From a virus (Duplodnaviria; Heunggongvirae; Uroviricota; Caudoviricetes), in IMG/VR virus record IMGVR_UViG_3300029982_000015: DNA of 37,698 bases, one strand, 5' to 3'. The position numbers and the translations under genes are program-made. Under the pieces are notes generated by a model. It saw only the letters and a program-made list of their open reading frames with translations, ran no database searches and had not been told where the DNA came from. Numbering within the stretch: position 1 is the stretch's first letter; the number at the start of each line of letters is the position of its first letter. This document shows, in pieces, positions 17,556 through 25,938 of the stretch.

Positions 17556-18056
17556 ATGGAAGTCGTCAAATTGTGTACCAAGTGTGGTAAGCCCGGTAAG
17601 TTTGGTAGGAGGAAACGAAGCAAGGATGGGCTTAAGTCTGCCTGTAACAAATGCGAGAGTTTACGTCAGAAAAAGTGGTATGCAGAAAACTCAGACCGAT
17701 TCAAAGGCTATGTACGAAATTGGAATGAGCGCCACCCCGAACAGTATAAGGCAATCAGAAAATCCTCATCGCTCAAACGTCTGTATGGTCTAAGCACCGA
17801 TGATTTTTTGTTGCTACTCAAGCTGCAAGATAACAAATGCGCGATTTGCCGTTTGGAGTTCACTGAAAGCCGACTACCCTACGTTGACCATGACCATGCA
17901 GTCGCAAAGACGGACAAACGAAAGAGTGTACGTGGTCTTCTGTGCCATCGTTGCAACGTGGGTATCGGTCAATTCGAAGAAAATTTGGAGCGGTTTATGG
18001 CTGCGGTTCAGTATTTGAAGTCAAGGGTGTTCTCGCCCGTGTGGGGAGAATCTTAA
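17556..18056 (+). CDS. endonuclease VII-type homing endonuclease
   Basis: CTKC...CNKC...LYG...QDNKCAIC...VDHDH...VRGLLCHRCN. Confidence 0.88.
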   Translation: MEVVKLCTKCGKPGKFGRRKRSKDGLKSACNKCESLRQKKWYAENSDRFKGYVRNWNERHPEQYKAIRKSSSLKRLYGLSTDDFLLLLKLQDNKCAICRLEFTESRLPYVDHDHAVAKTDKRKSVRGLLCHRCNVGIGQFEENLERFMAAVQYLKSRVFSPVWGES

Positions 18057-18080
18057 GTTTAATCGAACCGGAGGAGTTTT

Positions 18081-18335
18081 ATGTTTAAGAAAACGCAAAC
18101 CAGCATTAACATCCACGAAACCATCCAGCAGTTTCCTCATTGTGACCAGAGGATTCTACACGCCCCCGGCGAGTGTGAATACTGCGACAAACACAAAGAC
18201 TGGCAAGCCCTGCGTGCTGCTTGGGGTATTGCCTTTACTGGCTGGGAGCCGGAGGGTAAGGAACTGCCATGCCCCGCCGATCATGCCCGTGGAAAGACCC
18301 ACACACTGTGGCCGGGAAATCAGGCAACAAAATGA
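18081..18335 (+). CDS. small Cys/His-rich phage protein
   Basis: GGAGGAG upstream; FPHCDQRILHAPGECEYCD...WGIAFTG. Confidence 0.8.
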   Translation: MFKKTQTSINIHETIQQFPHCDQRILHAPGECEYCDKHKDWQALRAAWGIAFTGWEPEGKELPCPADHARGKTHTLWPGNQATK

Positions 18336-18763
18336 AACTAGCCAAGATTGCACATTACAGATGCGACAGTTACGAGAATGCATCGTACGTCACAATACCA
18401 GAAGACATGACGGCTGAGCGTCTGGAAGAACTGATTGGCCTCGCATCAAATAAGGCACTTGAGGCCGAACGGATAGCCAAAAAAGCCGCTCCTTTATACC
18501 CTGACCAGAGAACTCTCATTCAGACTATGCCCAAAGACACTACTATCGCTCAGATAGAAGCCGAGTTGGAAAAAAAGAAAGCAGAATACGTCGAGTGGGA
18601 AAAGCTAAAGAACCAGTCACAACGGTCATTCTATAGCTGGTTGAAAGAAGTCAGTGAAGGGGAAGTTATTGCTATTCACGACCGTGAATTCGACGATTTT
18701 GAAGTGGAGTGTCATTGGGGACACAACCACGGATTGAGCCCCGACTACTCGGAGGAGCTATGA
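18332..18763 (+). CDS. hypothetical protein with a central coiled coil
   Basis: ATGA coupling at 18332; 143 aa. Confidence 0.7.
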   Translation: MKLAKIAHYRCDSYENASYVTIPEDMTAERLEELIGLASNKALEAERIAKKAAPLYPDQRTLIQTMPKDTTIAQIEAELEKKKAEYVEWEKLKNQSQRSFYSWLKEVSEGEVIAIHDREFDDFEVECHWGHNHGLSPDYSEEL

Positions 18764-19210
18764 GTTGGACAAGGTGTGACCACGTGACAGATGACGGCTC
18801 TGTGTGTGGGCAGCAGTGTGAAGAAGCGGCCTCGTGGCGAGTTAACAATCAGGCTGAAGATGACAGTGATTATGAGGAGTTTGTAGTTTGTAACTTCCAC
18901 CTTCACCTCGTTGCTCCTTGGATTGGTATATGCCGCTCCCAACCAACTGCCAGAGTGTAACGCAGTCATCAAAGCGTACTTCAACTCATACGACAACACC
19001 GTGTTTTATCTCCCTCCGAATCCTGACTATGCTTACCATGCTTCAGGACGTAATCAGGCGACCCGTGAAGAGTCGGATGCCTATCAGGCACGTATTGAGG
19101 CTGTGCTCCCCGAAGACGCTATCTGGCTCCCAAAATCCAGCAACTATATCATGCCAATTCTAACGCATCTTGGATTGGCCGATGATGCACACCGACTAAC
19201 GTGGTGGTAA
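18760..19210 (+). CDS. hypothetical Cys-rich protein, apparently split by a +1 frameshift (ORFs 18760-18960 and 18887-19210)
   Basis: Strong GGAGGAG before ATG 18760. The second frame is open 18887-19210 and has no convincing start or RBS. Removing one base gives 149 aa. Confidence 0.5.
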
Positions 19211-19212
19211 AT

Positions 19213-19383
19213 ATGAGCAAGCTTGAAGACTTCGGTGGCGAAGAAGCTACAGCGGCTGAGTACAGCAACCATAAATCAGAAAGCCAATCAAACTATCGCG
19301 GTGGTGTACGGTCGCCTATAAACAACAATTGGGCTCCAATCTCTGGCCCCGGAATACCAAACAAACGCAGTATTAAGGAATGA
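19213..19383 (+). CDS. hypothetical protein
   Basis: ATG just after the upstream stop; fills the gap before the next gene. Confidence 0.4.
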   Translation: MSKLEDFGGEEATAAEYSNHKSESQSNYRGGVRSPINNNWAPISGPGIPNKRSIKE

Positions 19384-19395
19384 CGGAGACCAACT

Positions 19396-20046
19396 ATGGC
19401 TACTAAGTATTCACAAATCCCGCAGAACAGTATCTTTACCGCCGCTGGTGGAACATACCGCAAGATTGATGACCTTTACTACGAGGATTTGAACACAGGG
19501 TTTCAGACTGTCTGGAGTCCAATCTTTGATAACACCATCGTTAGCAAATGGGATAAAGACGAGGAGCCAACAGGGGAGGTCAACACCAAGGACAAATTCC
19601 TCGTTGACCAACGCAGTCGCCTGATGCAACCCAACCCCAACTATCAATCACACCAATCCTGCGTGGCCGAACGTACCTTCGCTGAGATGTGGGGTACCGC
19701 TGAATACGACTGCGGCCCGGAAGAATATGAGTACATGGCGATGGTCTCCGTCCCGGCTGTTGGTGCCATGAAGGCTTTAGGTCAAGTCGTCGGAATGGAT
19801 GGTTCCGCCATTGTCTGTTTTCCGGGCATTGTGGATATTCTGACGGTGGCCTACGAAGAGTACAAGAATAACCATGCCGAACCGGAGTACGAAGAGTACA
19901 CGAAGACCGAACCGGAGGTTGACTCTTTTAAGGCAATCAAGAAAGTAAAGAAGCCCTCCGCCAAGAAGGCTGTGAAGCCCATCAAGAAAACCCCAACAAA
20001 GAAATCTCCGGCCAAGAAGGCTGCGAAGAAGAAGGCGAAACAGTAA
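19396..20046 (+). CDS. protein with a histone-H1-like Lys/Ala/Pro-rich C-terminal tail
   Basis: GGAG upstream; C-terminus KKVKKPSAKKAVKPIKKTPTKKSPAKKAAKKKAKQ. Confidence 0.8.
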   Translation: MATKYSQIPQNSIFTAAGGTYRKIDDLYYEDLNTGFQTVWSPIFDNTIVSKWDKDEEPTGEVNTKDKFLVDQRSRLMQPNPNYQSHQSCVAERTFAEMWGTAEYDCGPEEYEYMAMVSVPAVGAMKALGQVVGMDGSAIVCFPGIVDILTVAYEEYKNNHAEPEYEEYTKTEPEVDSFKAIKKVKKPSAKKAVKPIKKTPTKKSPAKKAAKKKAKQ

Positions 20047-20615
20047 TGACAAGACGCTCAACACAAAGTCTGCAAAACAAGTCGTTGAAGATGCGGTACC
20101 TCGATTCTGCTCAAAAGTTTGTTAAGCAATTACAGGACGAGAACGAACAACTGAAAACCAATCCTGACACTTTGATTGGTCAGGTTATCCCTCAATTGCG
20201 TGAGGCCATCCACCAGAACAAGAAGCTCTCTGTTCTGGCTGCATCCCTCATTCAGGCCAGTGGTGGAAGCATTACCGTGTCGAAGGCTGTGCTTGAGTCC
20301 TTTGAGTCGAAGGTGCTTAACATCAAGTGGGCCGTTCCCGATGGTGTTGAGAGTGTAGACGCTGCCACTGAACTAATCTTCCGCTATGAGGCATTGACTC
20401 CGGAAGAAGTTTCCGCTCGTCAAGCACAGGAGCAAGTTGACAACCCAATTGAAGATGAGACTTCGGATGAAGAACTCACGAGAGAGGAAAAGGCACAGAA
20501 GTTCATTGAAGAATCAGGCAAGGAAATCCATACAAATGACTGTGCTACGTCTGTGGCACCAGCAGAGGAACCCGGCCCTTGCGATTGTACGACTGACGGG
20601 GTGTTAGTACCATAA
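20046..20615 (+). CDS. coiled-coil protein with a C-terminal H..DCA....PGPCDC motif
   Basis: TAATG coupling with the upstream gene; HTNDCATSVAPAEEPGPCDC. Confidence 0.75.
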   Translation: MTRRSTQSLQNKSLKMRYLDSAQKFVKQLQDENEQLKTNPDTLIGQVIPQLREAIHQNKKLSVLAASLIQASGGSITVSKAVLESFESKVLNIKWAVPDGVESVDAATELIFRYEALTPEEVSARQAQEQVDNPIEDETSDEELTREEKAQKFIEESGKEIHTNDCATSVAPAEEPGPCDCTTDGVLVP

Positions 20616-20699
20616 GCTAAATCGAAAATTAGTGCCCTCGAAAGTGACTTCACGCGACGACTTTTCCTTTCGTTAGTGAACGTCCTGATGAGGCGCACC

Positions 20700-21797
20700 G
20701 TGAATCCGAGAGTCCTATTCGTCCTAAAATTTCGCGAATCTTCTGGAGGTAGTTATAGCAATTGCTGGAGTCCGCAAGATGAGGCTACAGTGGGGGCTAA
20801 GAAAGAGCTATCCAGTGGCTTGCTAAATTCTGCCCGATTTATTGTTGATATGTTGGAGAGCATCCATATCGACGTACATCTGGTGCAGGTAATTGATAAC
20901 AATGACATCGACCGTGAAGTGACAAACTACAACCCAACGCACGTTATTGTCGAGGCGCTTTGGGTTGTACCCAGCAAGTTCGAAGTCCTTCAACGTCTGC
21001 ATCCCGATGTCCAGTGGATCGTACGTAGTCACAGCGAACTTCCATTCCTAGCACAAGAAGGTGTGGCAATCAACTGGCTCACTAAGTACGTCCAATACAC
21101 AAACGTTAAGTTTGCAGCCAACTCGGAGAACTCAGTCCGGGACATTAGAGCCATTGTAAAGGCTGCGAATCCAACTTGGTCACAAGCCAAGGTAGTTGAG
21201 AAGGTGCCCTATCTCCCCAACTACTACCCTTATAACCTGAAGGTTCCGGCTGTTAAGAAGAAGCTTGAATCCACATTTGTTGACATAGCGTGCTTCGGTG
21301 CCATTCGGCCTTTGAAGAATCAATTGATTCAAGCTGTGGCTGCTATCAAGTACGCCGATTTGGAAGGGAAGATACTGCGGTTTCATACCAATGCAACCCG
21401 AGTTGAAACGCAGGGTGAAAGTGTGCTGAGAAATCTTGAGGCACTGTTCGAAGCCACCCCGCATGAACTCATTAAGCACCCGTGGATGCCCCACGAGGAG
21501 TTCCTGAAGCTGTTGAAGCTGATGGATGTGGCAATGCAGGTATCTTTCTCTGAGACATTTAATATCGTGGCCGCTGATTGTGTGGTAACTGGGCTACCGA
21601 TTGTGGTGTCACCCGAAATTACATGGGCGACATCATGGTGTCAGGCAGAACCGACCAGTAGTGAGGATATTCTTCTCAAACTGTTAAAGGCCAACGACTG
21701 GCGATTGAAACTCGCCATGAAAGTGCTGAACCTCCGGGGATTACGTCATTTCTGTGAGGACAGCAAACGGTTATGGGTTTCCTACCTGACCGCTTAA
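20700..21797 (+). CDS. GT-B fold glycosyltransferase (GT4-like)
   Basis: FGAIRPLKNQ and QVSFSETFNIVAAD...GLPIVVS nucleotide-sugar-binding motifs. GTG 20700 follows GAGG; alternative starts at 20676 and 20688. Confidence 0.8.
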   Translation: MNPRVLFVLKFRESSGGSYSNCWSPQDEATVGAKKELSSGLLNSARFIVDMLESIHIDVHLVQVIDNNDIDREVTNYNPTHVIVEALWVVPSKFEVLQRLHPDVQWIVRSHSELPFLAQEGVAINWLTKYVQYTNVKFAANSENSVRDIRAIVKAANPTWSQAKVVEKVPYLPNYYPYNLKVPAVKKKLESTFVDIACFGAIRPLKNQLIQAVAAIKYADLEGKILRFHTNATRVETQGESVLRNLEALFEATPHELIKHPWMPHEEFLKLLKLMDVAMQVSFSETFNIVAADCVVTGLPIVVSPEITWATSWCQAEPTSSEDILLKLLKANDWRLKLAMKVLNLRGLRHFCEDSKRLWVSYLTA

Positions 21798-21983
21798 TTT
21801 ATACCCCTTATTCATTCTCTGAGGGTGAGAAGCACTGCGGGATTGTCCCAGTTGCCTCGCCCTCAAATTTTTCTGTTGTATTTTCTTGAACTTTGGGTAT
21901 TCTATAGTAGTGCCACTGCCGCTGTACAAAGGAGAAGAGTAATGCGATTGTGTAATCACTAAGTAAGGAAGGACACAACTCGA

Positions 21984-22670
21984 ATGCTCAACTCTATCTT
22001 TCACAAGGTACTGGTGTTCCTTCGTCTTCGCAAGAAGACTGAAGAAGGATTCACCCTTGCGTCTGAATGCCGCATGTTTTGGGATTTTCAGATTTTCAAC
22101 ATCGACGATCACAATCGTCGTTCCCGCCTCGTAGACCTCTACTACGTCTTCTACCGCTTCTTCAAATACTCTCCGTGGGGTAACCCGCGTGAGGCTTATT
22201 ACGCCGTGAAGTGCTTCATTCAGCGTGGCCGTCGCGGCTGGTCTGACCGTGACATCTGGAGTCTCGACCACTATCTCAGCAGTTGGATGCCTGATGCCCT
22301 TCGCAAGCTGAAGAAGGACAAGCAGGGTGTGCCTAGCAGCGTCTTTGAGCCCGAGGACTGCATCTCTGAGGGGGATTGGCGGGGTAACCCCTCGGAAGAG
22401 GGCATGGAACGCGCCTCAGCCCGTTGGGACGCGATTATTGACAAGATGATTGCAGCCTTTGAGGCTGACCGTCACATCAACTCCGGACTCTACGAAGAGG
22501 AACTCGGTCCGTACCCCATGGACAGGCCGTCCGGGGTATCTGCTGAGGCGTGGGAGAAGGTCAAGCACGACCGTTTCAAGGCATCTCAAGCCCTTGCAGA
22601 CCGTGACCGTAAAATTTTCGAAGAGGGGATGCTGCTCTTTGTTCGCCACTATTCTTCATTGTGGGATTAG
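21984..22670 (+). CDS. conserved phage hypothetical protein (QRGRRGWSD...LWD family)
   Basis: AAGGA upstream; QRGRRGWSDRDIWSLD...GVP...WDAIIDKMIAAFE...LF...SLWD. Confidence 0.8.
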   Translation: MLNSIFHKVLVFLRLRKKTEEGFTLASECRMFWDFQIFNIDDHNRRSRLVDLYYVFYRFFKYSPWGNPREAYYAVKCFIQRGRRGWSDRDIWSLDHYLSSWMPDALRKLKKDKQGVPSSVFEPEDCISEGDWRGNPSEEGMERASARWDAIIDKMIAAFEADRHINSGLYEEELGPYPMDRPSGVSAEAWEKVKHDRFKASQALADRDRKIFEEGMLLFVRHYSSLWD

Positions 22671-22685
22671 TCCCAAAGACTGAAC

Positions 22686-22714
22686 TACGTGGTTCCTTAG
22701 TAGGGAGCCACGTA
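22686..22714. terminator. hairpin between convergent genes
   Basis: TACGTGGTTCC (22686-22696) pairs with GGAGCCACGTA (22704-22714), with one G-U pair. No strong U-tract on either side. Confidence 0.5.
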
Positions 22715-22776
22715 CTTGAAGGTCACGGTTTTGATAACGTGTCATCCTTCCGAGGCCCGAGAGTAAAATGAAGACG

Positions 22777-23235
22777 CTAAGACCGGCGCTTCAAAGGCTT
22801 AACCATCGTGATACCAGCGGTGCCGTTGGAGTAATACTTCTGTGTGACTCCGACCACTCGATACCCCAGCTTGAAATATAAAACTTGAGCGGGGTTGTCC
22901 ACTTGTACCTCAAGTCTCATTTTCCTTACACCCAGCTTTTTAAGGGAGGTCTCTGCCTCCTCCATCAACAACTTACCGAATCCCTGTTGTTGACATGATG
23001 GGTCAACGCATAATGAAACAACATGCCCGGTGGTTTCGTCTTTATCTATCTCAACAAGCACATACCCCACCACTTTGCTATCGTACACCCCGACCCAAAC
23101 ATGTGTGTTGACCGTCTCCAGAGAGGAGGTTAGGTCTTGCTTGCTCCAACGATATGGTCGGCTGAAGCAAGCGTTCTCTAGGTTATGGATACTGTCAATA
23201 TCTTCTGGCTTGTATCCTTTGGTTATGGTCAGCAT
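22777..23235 (-). CDS. RimI-like GNAT N-acetyltransferase
   Basis: GHVVSLCVDPSCQQQGFGKLLM (motif A) and LEVQVDNPAQVLYFKLGY (motif B). Confidence 0.88.
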   Translation of the reverse strand: MLTITKGYKPEDIDSIHNLENACFSRPYRWSKQDLTSSLETVNTHVWVGVYDSKVVGYVLVEIDKDETTGHVVSLCVDPSCQQQGFGKLLMEEAETSLKKLGVRKMRLEVQVDNPAQVLYFKLGYRVVGVTQKYYSNGTAGITMVKPLKRRS

Positions 23236-24848
23236 TAGTAATGCCTCGCTTTCGATTTGGTGTTAACGTTTCGTTCCTTCACCCCGAACAGCGTGTCTCC
23301 AATGACGTTGCAGTTAATCTGAAGCGTAACACCACTTGTACGACTGACCACAAAGGACTGTAACGCACGACCTGAAGTAATGTAGCCATGCTTTGAATGG
23401 TAACGATCTAACCCTGACAAACTCTTCAGTTGGTAGTGGGTCAGTCCTCCAATCTCCCGAGCAATCTCGTGGTGTAGATGCCCTGAGAAGAAGTATTGAA
23501 ACTCGCTGTGAGTGAACAAATCCTTCGCCTCTTTTACCATAGCCGACATCATGTCTTTCGGGGCCACGCAATCCCCATGGCCGAAGCCAAGAAGGGAGTT
23601 ACCGTACCCTACATACTGCCGCTTCTGTGGAGACTGAATAATTTCCACATCTTTGGCCCCCGTGTATTTGCCAAGCAAAAACATCATCATACTGATGGCG
23701 TTGTTGTAATCATGATTGCCGGGGACATTGAGGTATTTGATGGGAGCAAGCTGTCGAAGCATTTCGATGTGGTCGTAGGCCAATTGACACCCCTCCATCA
23801 AAATCTGTGAAGGTGTTCCATCAGTGTCTTGTGGTGTACCACGTGTTGTGGTATTCCATTGATTGTCAATATGAAACCAGTCTGACCCAGAAGCCACTAC
23901 GACCAATTCAGGACGACCCAGTTTGGCAACATACTTTGCCAACTCATTGGTTTTGTCCATAAGCAAATCACGTGCTTCAGAGCGGCTGTATCCTTGTCCG
24001 GTTTCATCCATCCAACCATACTTACCGAAGTGCAAGTCGAAAGGGGCTACCACAAGAGCGTAGGGCTCATCACTTTTTGGAAGAGTAAGCATTGGCGGTT
24101 TATAGTCTGACAGCGTTTGCTTAATCTGTTCGCTCAGAGGGAGTAAAACTGACTGCTCAAAATGGTTCCACTTCTTCGCATCGGTAATGGTTGCTTGCCA
24201 AACTTTTTTCTGATAGGAGTTGAATACCTTCAGACGAAGTTGTTGAACCGCGTCATCCGCCATATCATCCACATCACGAGTGATTAGCTCCTCGTTGGTG
24301 AAGGGCTCTTTATCATGGGTCCATCCATGCAGAGCCTTATACTCCATGAACCAATCGCGACGGAATTTAAACCGACGACAAATTTCATTGATGGTCTCGG
24401 ACGCTCCATCCCAGTTAGAGTAGGCTTTCAACATCGCACGATGAATCTCTCCCGCAAGGATAACGCTTTTCCCACCAAGGGTGCGAGGAAGGGGGGTGAT
24501 ATATGTGTCCGTCTCCTTGTTGTAAACATAGTCCTTATCGTAGATAAGGTCTTGCTCCTCATCCGTGATGGTTTGAGAGGGGTTCTCTTCTACTTGTTGC
24601 GTTGTCGCCTTCAAACCCGCAGCCAGAACAAGACCGCCAAACTTAGGAAAATGCCACTCTACATCCTTTTCTCTAATAAGCTGCTTGTTCCTGTGATTAC
24701 GATAGAATCCTCGGGTTAGTTCTTCTCCCTCAGGCAACAACTTAGCGACTCGCTGCGCGTCGGCTACTATGTCTTCTTTAGACGGTGGAGAAAGCGTTAA
24801 TGGGGACTTCTCCGGGGGTGTTGCTGGCTTCTTCTTTTTAACGCTCAA
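23235..24848 (-). CDS. calcineurin-like metallophosphoesterase with an N-terminal helical/DNA-binding-like region
   Basis: FDLHFGK, GSDWFH, PGNHD, GHGD, SGHLHH. TTG start at 24848 after GGAGG (alternative ATG at 24866). TAATG coupling to the GNAT gene. Confidence 0.85.
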   Translation of the reverse strand: MSVKKKKPATPPEKSPLTLSPPSKEDIVADAQRVAKLLPEGEELTRGFYRNHRNKQLIREKDVEWHFPKFGGLVLAAGLKATTQQVEENPSQTITDEEQDLIYDKDYVYNKETDTYITPLPRTLGGKSVILAGEIHRAMLKAYSNWDGASETINEICRRFKFRRDWFMEYKALHGWTHDKEPFTNEELITRDVDDMADDAVQQLRLKVFNSYQKKVWQATITDAKKWNHFEQSVLLPLSEQIKQTLSDYKPPMLTLPKSDEPYALVVAPFDLHFGKYGWMDETGQGYSRSEARDLLMDKTNELAKYVAKLGRPELVVVASGSDWFHIDNQWNTTTRGTPQDTDGTPSQILMEGCQLAYDHIEMLRQLAPIKYLNVPGNHDYNNAISMMMFLLGKYTGAKDVEIIQSPQKRQYVGYGNSLLGFGHGDCVAPKDMMSAMVKEAKDLFTHSEFQYFFSGHLHHEIAREIGGLTHYQLKSLSGLDRYHSKHGYITSGRALQSFVVSRTSGVTLQINCNVIGDTLFGVKERNVNTKSKARHY

Positions 24849-25021
24849 GCGGTCTCCTCCAACCATGCGCGTACAATGGTAATCAGTGTGCGCGGTTCTA
24901 TAAGTAAGTCCAGTAGTATCAAATGTAATGCATGGACTGAGTTAGTAATACTAGGAAATCGGAATTTTCCACATTTGAGATTCATCTATAGGATAAGAAT
25001 AGCTAAACACCAAGGGGCTAT

Positions 25022-25561
25022 ATGAATTTTGAATCCAAGTTTCTTCGCATAGCTGAAAAATTGTCTCAGCGGCACTCCACTGAGTACCGAGGCATTCCCA
25101 TTGTAATCGAATGGCCAAAAAATTCAGTACGTACAGGCAAGGATGAACAGGGCAAGCCTTGGAAGAGGACCATGCAATGCGATTATGGCTACGTCTCCGA
25201 CGTTAACGGCAGGGACGGGGAGGGTCTGGATGTTTATATTGGCGAAGATGAGGCGTCGGACAAGGTGTTTGTGATAGAGCAGTTGGATGCAAAGGGGAAG
25301 CTAGATGAGTACAAGATTATGTTGGGTTTCCCGAATTTGGATTCAGCTTTAGAAATGTACCTCGCCCATTATCCAACCGGCTGGGATGACGACCGCGTGG
25401 GTGACATCTCTGAAGTCCCCTTCGATTATGCCTTCGACACGATTGAGGCGCATCAGGAAGAGCAGGGTAGGACGCCTAAAAACAGCAGTACCACTGTAAA
25501 AACTGCTGGTCTTACTTATCTAAAAGCTCTTCAGTCGATGACTACCGTCTCCTTCAAGTAG
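25022..25561 (+). CDS. InPase (polyvalent-protein inorganic pyrophosphatase-like) domain protein
   Basis: IVIEWPKNSVRTG.D..G..W...M..DYGY....G.DG..LDVYIG...VFVIEQ...DEYKIMLGF...YL.HY..GW; ends with a VKTAG tail. Confidence 0.85.
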   Translation: MNFESKFLRIAEKLSQRHSTEYRGIPIVIEWPKNSVRTGKDEQGKPWKRTMQCDYGYVSDVNGRDGEGLDVYIGEDEASDKVFVIEQLDAKGKLDEYKIMLGFPNLDSALEMYLAHYPTGWDDDRVGDISEVPFDYAFDTIEAHQEEQGRTPKNSSTTVKTAGLTYLKALQSMTTVSFK

Positions 25562-25582
25562 AGCCTCGGGCTCCGGGAGGCT

Positions 25583-25906
25583 GTGGAAATGCTAAAATCC
25601 GACCGCCAGCTTAAGAGATACTATATCAAGTTCAACAAACTATACTTTGGTGGAGAACTACCTGACGCTGTGGTTTGGTGGGAGCCATTAGGGGGAGCCA
25701 CCTTCGGTGACTGTTTATATCTGGAAGAAGAAAAGATATGGAGAATCCGAATCAACCCTTTCGTTGGGGGGTGGAGAGCTATCTCCAAAGTCACCTTAAT
25801 CCACGAAATGATCCACATCAAGTGCGGTCACCGGCATGGTAAAGCTTTCGACATAGAACGCCAGAGGCTGTTGGGGTTCAAGGAAATACGGGATTTAGTC
25901 CTTTAG
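25583..25906 (+). CDS. SprT-like zinc metalloprotease domain protein
   Basis: FNKLYFGGELP...TLIHEMIH...HGKAF; GGGAGG before GTG. Confidence 0.85.
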   Translation: MEMLKSDRQLKRYYIKFNKLYFGGELPDAVVWWEPLGGATFGDCLYLEEEKIWRIRINPFVGGWRAISKVTLIHEMIHIKCGHRHGKAFDIERQRLLGFKEIRDLVL

Positions 25907-25938
25907 ACTACCGCTTTCTTATATAGGCAGGATTGCGG

